From Microcoleus sp. (GTDB lineage Bacteria; Cyanobacteriota; Cyanobacteriia; Cyanobacteriales; Microcoleaceae), in the NCBI GenBank assembly GCA_052279835.1, contig CP181291.1, forward strand, positions 4,416,001-4,480,000: DNA of 64,000 nt, in the 5' to 3' direction. The notes beneath the pieces were generated by a model. The model was not told the origin of the DNA. It saw only the letters and a list, made by a program, of their open reading frames with translations, and did not search any database. Below, piece after piece: positions 18,499-27,712 of the stretch; the stretch's first letter is position 1, and every line of letters begins with the position of its first letter. The translations under genes and the position numbers were made by a program.

Positions 18499-20244
18499 TT
18501 AAACCTTAGCCTCAACCCAAACTGTCAGCCCTTCAACCCTCAAACCTTTGCCGCGACTGCCGCAATATTGGCCGTTAGAAGCTGTGGGAGTATCGCCGAT
18601 ATTCTGAATGTGAGCACTGTAAAGTACGTTGTATTTATCAGCCTCGGCCCCCGTTAGCCGCACCGCAAATCCTTCAATCCGCTTAGCTTTCCCCCGGAAT
18701 CCTGCTAACTCTCCTTCTTCGATCCAAGCGGTATCGCCAACACCTTCGACGTGGGCCATGTACTGCAATTTGAGACCGGCGACGGGAGGGTCTATTTTAA
18801 TCTGAAACCCTTCGACGCGACGCTTTTGAGCGCGAGTGCCGGCATATTCTCGATCGCTAAAAGTGCGATCGCCAATTCCTTGAATATGTGTTAACACTTT
18901 TAAGCTGAGTGGTTGGGCTGGTTGAGCCTTGGCTGATGGCACAACCCAAACTCTGATACCTTCTACTCTCAATGCTTTCCCGCGAGTGCCACAATATTCG
19001 CCGTTGGAGGCTACTTTGGTGTCGCCGATATTCTGAATGTGAGCATTGTAAAATATGTCGTATTTACTAGCTTCGTCCCCGCTCAATCGCAGAGCAAATC
19101 CTTCAATTCGTTTCCCTTTACCCCGGAAACCTGCTAATTCCTGTTCGCTCACCCAAGCAGTGTCGCCGACACCTTCAACGTGAGCCATATACTCGACTTT
19201 TAAGCCGGGAATTGCTGGCTCTAAATTCACTTGAAATCCTTCGACGCGCCGCCCTTGAGCTTTGGTTCCTGCGTATTGTTGAGAACCAAAAGTGCGATCG
19301 CCAATTCCCTGAATGTGCACCAAAACTTTTAATGCCAAAGCCCCCTCTACGGGCGCTGGTGAAGCCCCTGTCGGTGCCCCAAAGACAATGTTCCCGGAGC
19401 TTTTTGTCTGGATAGATTTAGGCATTTCCATGCTGGGAACAATAATCACTTCGTGCATGGGGGCTGAGGGCGCAGGTGATTCCAAAATTTTGATATCTGG
19501 CACCACTGCAACTTGTTTCGGGGGCGCGACCTTTCCCGACGGGATGACGATGACTTCTGGTAATGGTTCAGCCACTGCTGCTGGTACGGGTTTAACTGTG
19601 GCTGGTGCGGCTATTTGAGGGGCGATTTGTGTTTCGGTAACGGTCAATTTACCTCTGGAAATGGCAACAGCTATTTGTTTACCAAAGGCGGCGCTGACGG
19701 TTTCTTCCAGGATGACCCACTGTTCGTCATCTAGTTTATCTTGTTGTTCGACGAGGGCGAGCACTGCCGCCACTGGGTGTTTGCCGCTGACTAAGGATTC
19801 TGCATCGGAGTGCAGTTGGGTTGGGGTTGATTCGGCAATGGCGCGCTGAAGCTCGCGGGCTTTACTATGTACTGATTGTAGTGGCCCAAAGTCGCTTTGT
19901 TCCCGGTGGGCGATCGCTAATACTCGATCGATCACTGTTAGGGCTTGGGAGCGAATTTCTGCTTTCCCTTCAGAAGCTGCAAGCGTCTGGACTAAGTTTT
20001 GAATTTCTTGGAGGGAGGTAATTTCTCCAGGTACTAGAGCACTGTTGCTGAGTTCGAGAGCTTGTTTTTGGACGACGGAAAAATTGCGGCTGTAACTCAC
20101 TATTTCTTGCAGCAAGTTTTCTGACGGAGGAAGACCGGATTGTTGGAGTTGTTTGGCGGAGTGTGCGAGTCGATCGGCCAAATTAGGATAGGTTTCCGAT
20201 AGTCCGGCTATTTGTTGTAGCAAATCTTTATGAGTTGGTTCCAT
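18499..20244 (-). CDS. protein with six C-terminal clostridial hydrophobic-W (ChW)-like repeats
   Basis: Two triplets of H(I/V)(Q/E)xxGD...(A/C)G...R(V/I)EG repeats; helical N-terminus and Pro-rich linker; ATG 20244. Confidence 0.75.
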   Translation of the reverse strand: MEPTHKDLLQQIAGLSETYPNLADRLAHSAKQLQQSGLPPSENLLQEIVSYSRNFSVVQKQALELSNSALVPGEITSLQEIQNLVQTLAASEGKAEIRSQALTVIDRVLAIAHREQSDFGPLQSVHSKARELQRAIAESTPTQLHSDAESLVSGKHPVAAVLALVEQQDKLDDEQWVILEETVSAAFGKQIAVAISRGKLTVTETQIAPQIAAPATVKPVPAAVAEPLPEVIVIPSGKVAPPKQVAVVPDIKILESPAPSAPMHEVIIVPSMEMPKSIQTKSSGNIVFGAPTGASPAPVEGALALKVLVHIQGIGDRTFGSQQYAGTKAQGRRVEGFQVNLEPAIPGLKVEYMAHVEGVGDTAWVSEQELAGFRGKGKRIEGFALRLSGDEASKYDIFYNAHIQNIGDTKVASNGEYCGTRGKALRVEGIRVWVVPSAKAQPAQPLSLKVLTHIQGIGDRTFSDREYAGTRAQKRRVEGFQIKIDPPVAGLKLQYMAHVEGVGDTAWIEEGELAGFRGKAKRIEGFAVRLTGAEADKYNVLYSAHIQNIGDTPTASNGQYCGSRGKGLRVEGLTVWVEAKV

Positions 20245-20537
20245 AGTCTGTCGTAAATATTTAACTTGCTGATTATAGACGTTGAGTGTCCTTGAGAGTG
20301 CCACAGATAGAATGCCCAAGCACTTCTGGCTTCGGCGGAACCCAGATTTTTCTTGCCATCCCTCCTGGCTATTGTGATCGAAGTCACATCTAGCTCCACT
20401 GCTAGTCACAGTCTACAACTGTTGCAGTCACTGCATGAATACCACAATGTCACACTAACTAGACCTTAGCCGTCACCGTCAAATCCATCGCTATTGTTGA
20501 TACTAAAGCTACCCCAATGTTGAAAGCAATAAGTTTT

Positions 20538-20768
20538 ATGGTACTGATTCGCGACCTTGCCCAAGAAGCTATGACCATCGGCTATCTGACTATTGAAGCA
20601 GAAAATCTCTTGCGCCGGATGCTAACCACCACGACCTATGAATTAGAAGACTTAAATGCTTTTATGACTTTGCAGCTAGCAACTATGTCTGGAATGGTGA
20701 AACAAGAGTCTCGTGAATTGAGAGAATGTCAATACTTTACTGAAGTCGTATCTAAGACTTCCAATTAG
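20538..20768 (+). CDS. small hypothetical protein (paralog 1)
   Basis: MVLIRD...GYLTIEAE...LEDLNAFMTLQLA...VKQES; clear paralog of the next gene. Confidence 0.8.
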   Translation: MVLIRDLAQEAMTIGYLTIEAENLLRRMLTTTTYELEDLNAFMTLQLATMSGMVKQESRELRECQYFTEVVSKTSN

Positions 20769-20818
20769 TAATTAATCGACTGTTTGTACAATGATAATTA
20801 GTAAGGACTCTGGAAATT

Positions 20819-21031
20819 ATGGTGATTCGTGACGTTGTAAAAAAAGCTATTGCGGCGGGATATCTGACCTTGGAAGCCGAAAATGAAATAGAGCACGTTT
20901 TCTCGTCAGCGAAGTGCGACTTGGAAGATTTGAATGCTTTTATGAGTTTGCAGTTGGCGGCGATGGCTGGCCGTGTGAAGCAGCAGTCTTTGGAATCGAT
21001 CTACTTGCGGCAGAATTCTGAGCTAGGTTGA
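20819..21031 (+). CDS. small hypothetical protein (paralog 2)
   Basis: MVIRD...GYLTLEAE...LEDLNAFMSLQLA...VKQQS. Confidence 0.8.
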   Translation: MVIRDVVKKAIAAGYLTLEAENEIEHVFSSAKCDLEDLNAFMSLQLAAMAGRVKQQSLESIYLRQNSELG

Positions 21032-21178
21032 AAAATTTGGCAATAGGTGGATAATATCAGTTCGCTTACGCAGTCTGGGAAAGCGAGCTCGATACAATGT
21101 CGCCCGCTTTCACACAATCTGGGTGTCAACTGAAACAGTTGACACGATCCAATCGCAAAATTAACTACTTATCTGTAC

Positions 21179-21397
21179 TCAGTCGATCGAGATTGACTGA
21201 GGTCCGTTACTTGAGGGGTTACTGGTTTCGCTGGCGGGTGGTGTGTAGGAAGTTGAACCCGCTTGCTCATCAATCCAGCTTTTAACTGGGTCTTCCTGAA
21301 GATTAAGTCGTAGCAGGCCCGACACAAATCCGCCCGTAAATGCGATCGGCTGTTGGAACAATTCTTTGACTACCGGGATGAGTTCGTCGAGGAACAT
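21179..21397 (-). CDS. small conserved cyanobacterial protein (UPF0426-like)
   Basis: QPIAFTGGFVSGLLRLNLQEDPVKSW; AGGAG RBS upstream. Confidence 0.7.
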   Translation of the reverse strand: MFLDELIPVVKELFQQPIAFTGGFVSGLLRLNLQEDPVKSWIDEQAGSTSYTPPASETSNPSSNGPQSISID

Positions 21398-21532
21398 TCA
21401 AGATTCTCCTTGTGCTACTGGGGTGATACTGTTAATTAATCTTAACTGTTTTTGATAAAAGTTAAATAATGTAGTAAGTTCTAGCCTATTCGGGTTATAC
21501 CTTCTGCTCTCTCAATTTCCTAGAAAAATTTT

Positions 21533-22321
21533 ATGTGCCGTTTGCTTGGCTATCTCGGCGGGCCGATTTTACTCGATTCTCTTCTGTACAAGCCGGAACA
21601 TTCCTTAATTGTGCAGAGTTACCAACCCCGCGAAATGACTTCAGGTCTACTCAATGCTGACGGTTTTGGCATTGGTTGGTATCACTCCCACCTAGATACG
21701 GACCCGTTTGTCTATAAAAATATACAACCAATTTGGAGCGACATTAACCTTCCGAGTATCAGTAGATACGTGGAATCAGGATGTGCTCTAGCCTATGTTC
21801 GCAGTGCAACGGTGGGACAAGCTGTGGATTTGAGCAACTGTCAGCCTTTTGGGTACAACCGTCTCATGTTTGTTCACAATGGCTTTGTGAAGAATTTTCG
21901 GCAAAGTCTTTACAGACCAATTCGCGATCGCCTCAACGATGCCACCTATCAATTAATTAATGGTACTACAGATTCCGAGCATATTTTTTGTCTGTTTGTC
22001 AATGAATTGACAGCGCCAAATATGACTATAGAAGTGGCTTTGCAAAATGCACTAACAACTTTGGCAGAACTAGCCAACTTCCATGAAGTAGAATTTTCAG
22101 CTAATATAATTATCAGCGATGGAAAGCAGTTAGTTGCCTCTCGCTTTGCTTCCAAAAAGGCTCCTCCCTCCCTCTATTGGCTGCGGGACGACCCGAATTT
22201 TCCAGAAGCGGTGATTATTGCTTCCGAACCTTTATTTATCGGCAATTGGCATCTGTGTCCACCACAAAGCATTATTAGTACGGGAAAAGACGGTGATCTC
22301 AAAATCAATTCTATCTTGTAG
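21533..22321 (+). CDS. egtC: ergothioneine biosynthesis amidohydrolase (class II glutamine amidotransferase fold)
   Basis: MCRLLGY N-terminal Cys, NADGFGIGWY, HNG, GTTDSE; adjacent to egtB and egtD. Confidence 0.92.
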   Translation: MCRLLGYLGGPILLDSLLYKPEHSLIVQSYQPREMTSGLLNADGFGIGWYHSHLDTDPFVYKNIQPIWSDINLPSISRYVESGCALAYVRSATVGQAVDLSNCQPFGYNRLMFVHNGFVKNFRQSLYRPIRDRLNDATYQLINGTTDSEHIFCLFVNELTAPNMTIEVALQNALTTLAELANFHEVEFSANIIISDGKQLVASRFASKKAPPSLYWLRDDPNFPEAVIIASEPLFIGNWHLCPPQSIISTGKDGDLKINSIL

Positions 22322-23528
22322 AGAGGCTATTTATCGAGATTTGCAACAGTGTCGTCGCGGCACTTTCGAGCTATTTTCAGGGATGGATTACGATACTTTC
22401 TGTAGGCAAATTCATCCAGAATTTAGTCCGGTTGGCTGGCATTTAGGTCACATTGCTTATACCGAGGATTTGTGGCTGTTGCAGAAATGTGGTAAATTTA
22501 AACCAGTATTTCCTAAGTATCACAAGCTGTTTGCTGCTGATATTTTACCGAAGCAAGAACGGGTTTATTTGCCAACAATTCCCGAAGTTGAATTATATCT
22601 GGATGCGGTCAGAAAAAAGGTGCTCGATTATTTGGAAATAGCGCCGATCGCACAGCAAGAGCGTCTGTGGCAATTTATTATTCAACATGAAAGTCAGCAC
22701 TGCGAAACTGTGGCTTTTTTGTTGCAAATGCAGCAGGAGAGGGGCGAGGGAGAGAGGGAGCGACCAATTGCCGATGAATTGCCAATGCCCAATTCAGCGA
22801 TTGAAATTCCGGCCGGGGAATTTTACATGGGAAGCGATCGCGTTGAAGCTTTGGATAATGAGCGATCGCGCCACCTATGCTATTTGGACAAATACTCGAT
22901 CGACCGCTATCCAGTTACTTGCGATCAATACCGCCATTTCATGGCATCTGACGGCTATCAAAACCCTCAGTGGTGGTCAGCAGAAGGTTGGAAATGGCTG
23001 CAATCTAATTTAGTCGATCGCCCGCTTTACTGGTCAGACAATCCCGCTAGGAACAACCACCCAGTTTGCGGTGTCAGTTGGTACGAAGCCCAAGCATACT
23101 GCAATTTCATCGGCAAGCGACTACCCACAGAATCCGAATGGGAAAAAGCAGCCAGTTGGGATGCAGTAAATCAAACTCAGCGCACCTATCCTTGGGGAGA
23201 AGAATTACCGAATTCATCCCTATGCAATCACGGCAATAAGATTGGGAATACAGCGCCCGTTGATAAATTTCCCCAGGGAGCCAGTAGCTTTGGTTGCTGT
23301 GATATGTTAGGCAATGTTTGGGAGTGGACAGCTTCCACTTTTGATGCTTATCCAGGATTTGAAAGTTATCCTTATACTGGCTATTCTCAAGCATATTTCG
23401 ATGGAGAACACCGAGTTTTAAAAGGTGGCAGTTGGGCGACTCATGCTCCATCCCTGCGATCGAGTTTTCGGAATTGGTATTATCCGGGAGTGCGACAAAT
23501 TATCGCTGGTTTTCGGTGCGCTCAATGA
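22293..23528 (+). CDS. egtB: ergothioneine sulfoxide synthase (DinB + FGE-sulfatase domains)
   Basis: SPVGWHLGH, QHESQH, RLPTESEWEKAA, GNVWEW, GFRCA; probable GTG start 22293. Confidence 0.88.
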   Translation: MISKSILSCREAIYRDLQQCRRGTFELFSGMDYDTFCRQIHPEFSPVGWHLGHIAYTEDLWLLQKCGKFKPVFPKYHKLFAADILPKQERVYLPTIPEVELYLDAVRKKVLDYLEIAPIAQQERLWQFIIQHESQHCETVAFLLQMQQERGEGERERPIADELPMPNSAIEIPAGEFYMGSDRVEALDNERSRHLCYLDKYSIDRYPVTCDQYRHFMASDGYQNPQWWSAEGWKWLQSNLVDRPLYWSDNPARNNHPVCGVSWYEAQAYCNFIGKRLPTESEWEKAASWDAVNQTQRTYPWGEELPNSSLCNHGNKIGNTAPVDKFPQGASSFGCCDMLGNVWEWTASTFDAYPGFESYPYTGYSQAYFDGEHRVLKGGSWATHAPSLRSSFRNWYYPGVRQIIAGFRCAQ

Positions 23529-23665
23529 TTTTGGCTAATTGCTAAATAATGGGGCACAAATAAATGTAACCTAACAAAGAGCAGCAAGCCGGTTTATTTA
23601 AAAAAACCGGCTTTCTGGATGAGTGAATACGTGCTTTAGCCCTTTGTGCATCTAAAATTTACGCT

Positions 23666-24712
23666 ATGACATCCTCAAGACTGTCTGAAACTACAAATTC
23701 AGCCTCAACGAAGGAAAATCGCTTACACTTAGAGCGACTGGTGAGTGCGAAGGCACCGACAGCCACAGAAATCAATGCAGGCTGCGATGTAGTCAGCGGG
23801 TTGACTCAAAGCCCAAAATCCTTGCCTCCTAAGTATTTCTACGACGATCGCGGCTCGAACCTATTTGAGTTGATTTGTCAACTGCCAGAATATTACGTGA
23901 CACGTACTGAAGCGGCGATTTTGGCAGAATGTGCCGGGGCGATCGCCAATTTAACAGGCCCCTGTGAAATTGTCGAACTAGGTAGCGGTAGTTCCACCAA
24001 AACACGAATTCTCCTCGACGCTTACAGTCAACGGGAATATCCCCTGCATTATTTGCCAATAGACATCAGTCCCACCATCCTAGAAAGCAGCGCCTTTCAA
24101 CTGTTGGCAGAGTATCCATCACTCCAAATTCACGGACTTGTCAGCACCTACGAGTTAGCTTTGGCAAAAATTGCCCCATCGCCATTGCCAACCCGAATGA
24201 TTTGTTTTTTAGGTAGTACCCTTGGCAATCTTAGCCCTGAAGAATGCGATGTATTCTTCTCACAAATTGTCGGCGCATTGCAGCCTGGAGAGTATTTTTT
24301 GTTAGGCATTGACTTAGACAAATCTAAGGAGATTTTAGAGCCAGCCTATGATGACAGTCAAGGGGTGACGGCGGCATTTAATTTGAATATGCTGAGGCAT
24401 TTGAATCGGAAATATGAAGGAAATTTTGATTTGACACAGTTCGAGCACTGGGCATTTTACAATCAAGCAGAATGTCAAATAGAAATGCACTTGAAAAGCA
24501 AAAAAGCACAAACAGTCAACTTGCGCGCTCTCAATTTAACGGTTGAATTAGCAGCAGGAGAAACTATCAGAAGTGAAATTTCCCGCAAGTTCAAACTCCC
24601 TACTGTGCAGGAACAACTTGCGAGTCGCGGTTTAGCGCCTGTGCAAGTTTGGACCGATCCAAATCAGTGGTTTGGTTTGATACTTTGTCAGATGTCAGAT
24701 CTTAGTTGTTAG
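23666..24712 (+). CDS. egtD: L-histidine N-alpha-methyltransferase
   Basis: PKYFYDDRGS, EYYVTRTE, ELGSGSSTKT, FLGSTLGN, AYDDSQGVTAAFN. Confidence 0.95.
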   Translation: MTSSRLSETTNSASTKENRLHLERLVSAKAPTATEINAGCDVVSGLTQSPKSLPPKYFYDDRGSNLFELICQLPEYYVTRTEAAILAECAGAIANLTGPCEIVELGSGSSTKTRILLDAYSQREYPLHYLPIDISPTILESSAFQLLAEYPSLQIHGLVSTYELALAKIAPSPLPTRMICFLGSTLGNLSPEECDVFFSQIVGALQPGEYFLLGIDLDKSKEILEPAYDDSQGVTAAFNLNMLRHLNRKYEGNFDLTQFEHWAFYNQAECQIEMHLKSKKAQTVNLRALNLTVELAAGETIRSEISRKFKLPTVQEQLASRGLAPVQVWTDPNQWFGLILCQMSDLSC

Positions 24713-24924
24713 TTTGTTAGGAAACTTCCGGTCACTGAGCGTAGTCGAAGTGGACATTTAGACCCAACGACTCCGCTCAGGGTAACGCAAATAACTAATA
24801 CCAATAACCAATAACCAATAATATCAATTCCTCTCTTCATCGGAATTATTTATTTCTCTCTGATCTCTCTGTGTTCTCTGTGTTCTCTGTGGTTAAATCA
24901 TTCCGATTCAACGGTCAACGATAT

Positions 24925-24992
24925 AACAAATAACCAATAACAAATAACAAATAACCAATAACAAATAACCAATAACAACTAACCAGTAACAA
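24925..24992. repeat. heptamer tandem repeats (AATAACC/AACAAAT), STRR-like
   Basis: Alternating AACAAAT/AACCAAT units; more at 24790-24822. Confidence 0.8.
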
Positions 24993-25000
24993 AGAAGAAA

Positions 25001-25612
25001 TTAACAAATTGGCTTCTGTCCTGGTTTGACAGCATGAATGTACTCGCTACCCGATGTTGGCCATCCCCGCTTGTAATAAGCCTCCTCCGGCTTCCCCCAG
25101 CCCAATTGCAACAATATTTCTAAAAAATCTAATTTTTCCCACTTCCAAAGATTCACCCATTCTGTGCGCTGGACGATCGCCTCTACATCCCTAGGCTCGA
25201 TCGAGCGAAAATCCTTGCCACTATTAATACTTAAATATAAATCCATGCCCACAGTTACTTGCCGCCAGAATGCCAACATCGTCGTCTTGGCTGCTTTTAG
25301 CGTGATCAAATCCACCGGTAAAGCAATTAATTCATCGTCCACGGCTGGATAATTAAGAGTTTTCCCTTTAACCGTCATTTCGCGCCAAACAATCCCAGAA
25401 ACTTGATGTTCCCGTTGATATTCGTGTATGGCTGCCTTAAAATTTTGATAAGCAGTGAACTTTTGGACGCCCTCAGATTTCAGAAAGCGATCGATCACCG
25501 GGTTTCCTGTAGAATGGGTTTCAGTCAAATTCAGACGCCGCCCGTGTAAGCAAGCTTGGCGTTCTGCTTCGAGGATGTTAATGAGTTCCGCCTGGGTGTA
25601 GATCTTGGACAT
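25001..25612 (-). CDS. hypothetical protein
   Basis: 203-aa ORF with normal composition; no motif recognised. Confidence 0.7.
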   Translation of the reverse strand: MSKIYTQAELINILEAERQACLHGRRLNLTETHSTGNPVIDRFLKSEGVQKFTAYQNFKAAIHEYQREHQVSGIVWREMTVKGKTLNYPAVDDELIALPVDLITLKAAKTTMLAFWRQVTVGMDLYLSINSGKDFRSIEPRDVEAIVQRTEWVNLWKWEKLDFLEILLQLGWGKPEEAYYKRGWPTSGSEYIHAVKPGQKPIC

Positions 25613-25860
25613 CTTTAATTAAGGCAAAATCAATATTTCCCGTGGTTAATTCTTTTGATATCTCAAATATAAAAGGGCCTAGGACTGCAACCGTACTCTG
25701 TACGTTCTATTATGTGGACAATTTTGATAGTTTGTCGAGATCTGGGATAATTCCGGTGAGATAGACCAAACAGCCTGTTGAAAACACGCTGCTTGGAAGA
25801 TGTCTAATGGCTGTCAACCACCAAAACTCAAATTTTCAGTTCCAGTTTCAGTTTCACAGC

Positions 25861-26169
25861 TTAGTAGCGTCGTGAGGAGCGATTGTTGTCGCCCCAGCCA
25901 CCGCCACCTGATGAGCGTTTGTTATCTTCGCGAGGCTTGGCTTTGTTGACTTTCAAGTCGCGGCCCATCCATTCAGCACCGTCTAAAGCTGCGATCGCTG
26001 CTGCTTCTTCGGCCTCGCTGGACATTTCCACGAAAGCAAAACCCCGCATCCGACCTGTTTCCCGGTCCATAGGGACTTGGACGCGACTGACAGTACCGTA
26101 CTCGGCAAATACTTCATTGAGGTCCTCTGACGTTACCTCGTAGGAAAGATTACCAACGTAAATCGACAT
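25861..26169 (-). CDS. rbp: RRM-domain RNA-binding protein (cyanobacterial Rbp family, Gly-rich tail)
   Basis: MSIYVGNLSY (RNP2), RGFAFVEM (RNP1), Gly-rich C-terminus; ATG 26169. Confidence 0.95.
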   Translation of the reverse strand: MSIYVGNLSYEVTSEDLNEVFAEYGTVSRVQVPMDRETGRMRGFAFVEMSSEAEEAAAIAALDGAEWMGRDLKVNKAKPREDNKRSSGGGGWGDNNRSSRRY

Positions 26170-26173
26170 AAAA

Positions 26174-26213
26174 TCTCCAGAATCTTTAGGGTGCAGAGAG
26201 TTAGATTCGGAGA
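26174..26213 (-). promoter_or_regulatory. rbp 5'-UTR stem pairing TCTCCGAATC with the RBS region GATTCTGGAGA
   Basis: Near-perfect complementarity (one bulge) immediately upstream of the ATG. Confidence 0.6.
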
Positions 26214-26333
26214 GATGCTTGTAAATCAAGAGCAACAAACTACACAACCGAATTTAATTCTTGAGCCACCACTATAACATGAAGATAGCAGAATCAGCAA
26301 TTATCGACTTGAGATTTTAGATTTAATATCAAA

Positions 26334-27122
26334 TTAAATGCCAGCAATGGCGACCCAGAAATAATTTTCAAAAGATTTTTTCGGCAGATCTACGCGCATT
26401 TTTTTACCCCAACTATAGACATCAAAGCTGACGCGCTCTCGATCGGAATTAGCTAAATTCCCAGTAGGAATTGTCATATTTCCTAACAAAGCAACCCAAT
26501 GACTGGGATAAGGTATCAGAGGTGGATTATTTCCTAACATTCCTTCAGCAGTAATTAAAGCAAAAGCAAAGCCGCCTGATTTAATCGCTTCATCGGCGGC
26601 CCGCAGCGCTGGAATGTCGCCACTAAAATAAGCGTAATGAGATTTTACATCCCGACTTCCCAAAATTTCTCGCGCCCATCCAGCCATTTCCCAAGATTTA
26701 GTCATCCCACTAATATTACGAATAATTTCTGGAGCATTTGGTTCGACTGGAAATATCAAATTGGCGGATTCCCGCAGTGTTGATAATAGCATCCAATCAA
26801 CTTGAGGCATCCGCAAGTTTCCTTTGCTTTGTCGCAGGGGGATGGAGGGATAAATCGATCGCATAGATTTAGTCTGCAAACTGCCTATTTCAAAAAGATG
26901 GCGGCAAATTTCGACGTAGCGAAGAGGGTTTTGGTGAAGCAGCGTAAATGCTACGGCTGCGGGTCCACAAAAAGGTTGTCCGCTTTGATTGATTTGGAAA
27001 GGGTTTTGGATGCGATCGCGCATTTCTGCGATGATTTGGGTTTTATTCAAACCTGCCCAAACTCCGGAAATCTGGGAGCGTTCAAATTCAGAAATTGCTG
27101 CATCTACTTTCTGTGATTCCAT
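26334..27122 (-). CDS. hypothetical protein, possible papain-like cysteine peptidase fold
   Basis: NQSGQPFCGPAA ... HWVALLG ... VYSWG motif order. Confidence 0.5.
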   Translation of the reverse strand: MESQKVDAAISEFERSQISGVWAGLNKTQIIAEMRDRIQNPFQINQSGQPFCGPAAVAFTLLHQNPLRYVEICRHLFEIGSLQTKSMRSIYPSIPLRQSKGNLRMPQVDWMLLSTLRESANLIFPVEPNAPEIIRNISGMTKSWEMAGWAREILGSRDVKSHYAYFSGDIPALRAADEAIKSGGFAFALITAEGMLGNNPPLIPYPSHWVALLGNMTIPTGNLANSDRERVSFDVYSWGKKMRVDLPKKSFENYFWVAIAGI

Positions 27123-27223
27123 TTATTAGTTATAACCAGAGATTTACTGCGGTCATGCTTCGCCTATGCAAAATCGGGATGCTCCCCACTCACCCCAAGA
27201 GGCGGAAATTTAGGAAGGATGAA

Positions 27224-27712
27224 TTAATTTGTTTCCTGTGTTTGAAAAATCTGTAATTCTTGGCATTTATCTAAAGCCAACATATAAGCGGTTTGATAAT
27301 CGGTACCGCCTAACATCAAATCTCCGTAATATTCATAGGGTACATCTCCATAAACTGGCAGCGGATCGTCGAGAGGGTAATCTTCCTTTGACTCTTCTAA
27401 AATTGCGGTCAATTCTTTGATAGTCAGACTTTGGGCGGGAAAATAGTAAAGGTTTTCAGCAGTAACGCCAAGGTGCACGAAGGTTGGGTCAACAATGCGA
27501 TCGCCCAATTCCAGCCAGCCATATTCCAGAGGTTGGTCGGAGATTGCAGGTATCACTAAAAAGCCTTGAACATAGATTGTACCCTCGATCGCTAAAGCTG
27601 CTCGATAAGCATTATCAAAGCATTTTTTAGGTTGACTTTTGATGCTAGTGGCAATTTCTTGGGAAAGCATCTCATCTAATATTTTTGTCATTTTCTGCTG
27701 CTTAATTACCAT
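27224..27712 (-). CDS. hypothetical protein
   Basis: Overlaps the TPR gene stop; CFDNA...YVQGF...GWLE...IVDPT pattern. Confidence 0.7.
   Translation of the reverse strand: MVIKQQKMTKILDEMLSQEIATSIKSQPKKCFDNAYRAALAIEGTIYVQGFLVIPAISDQPLEYGWLELGDRIVDPTFVHLGVTAENLYYFPAQSLTIKELTAILEESKEDYPLDDPLPVYGDVPYEYYGDLMLGGTDYQTAYMLALDKCQELQIFQTQETN

Noticed and set aside
22293..23528. Selenoneine synthase SenA or ovothiol synthase OvoA
   Set aside because: Flanked by egtC and egtD, no senB/selD nearby and no C-terminal methyltransferase domain; an ordinary egt cluster.
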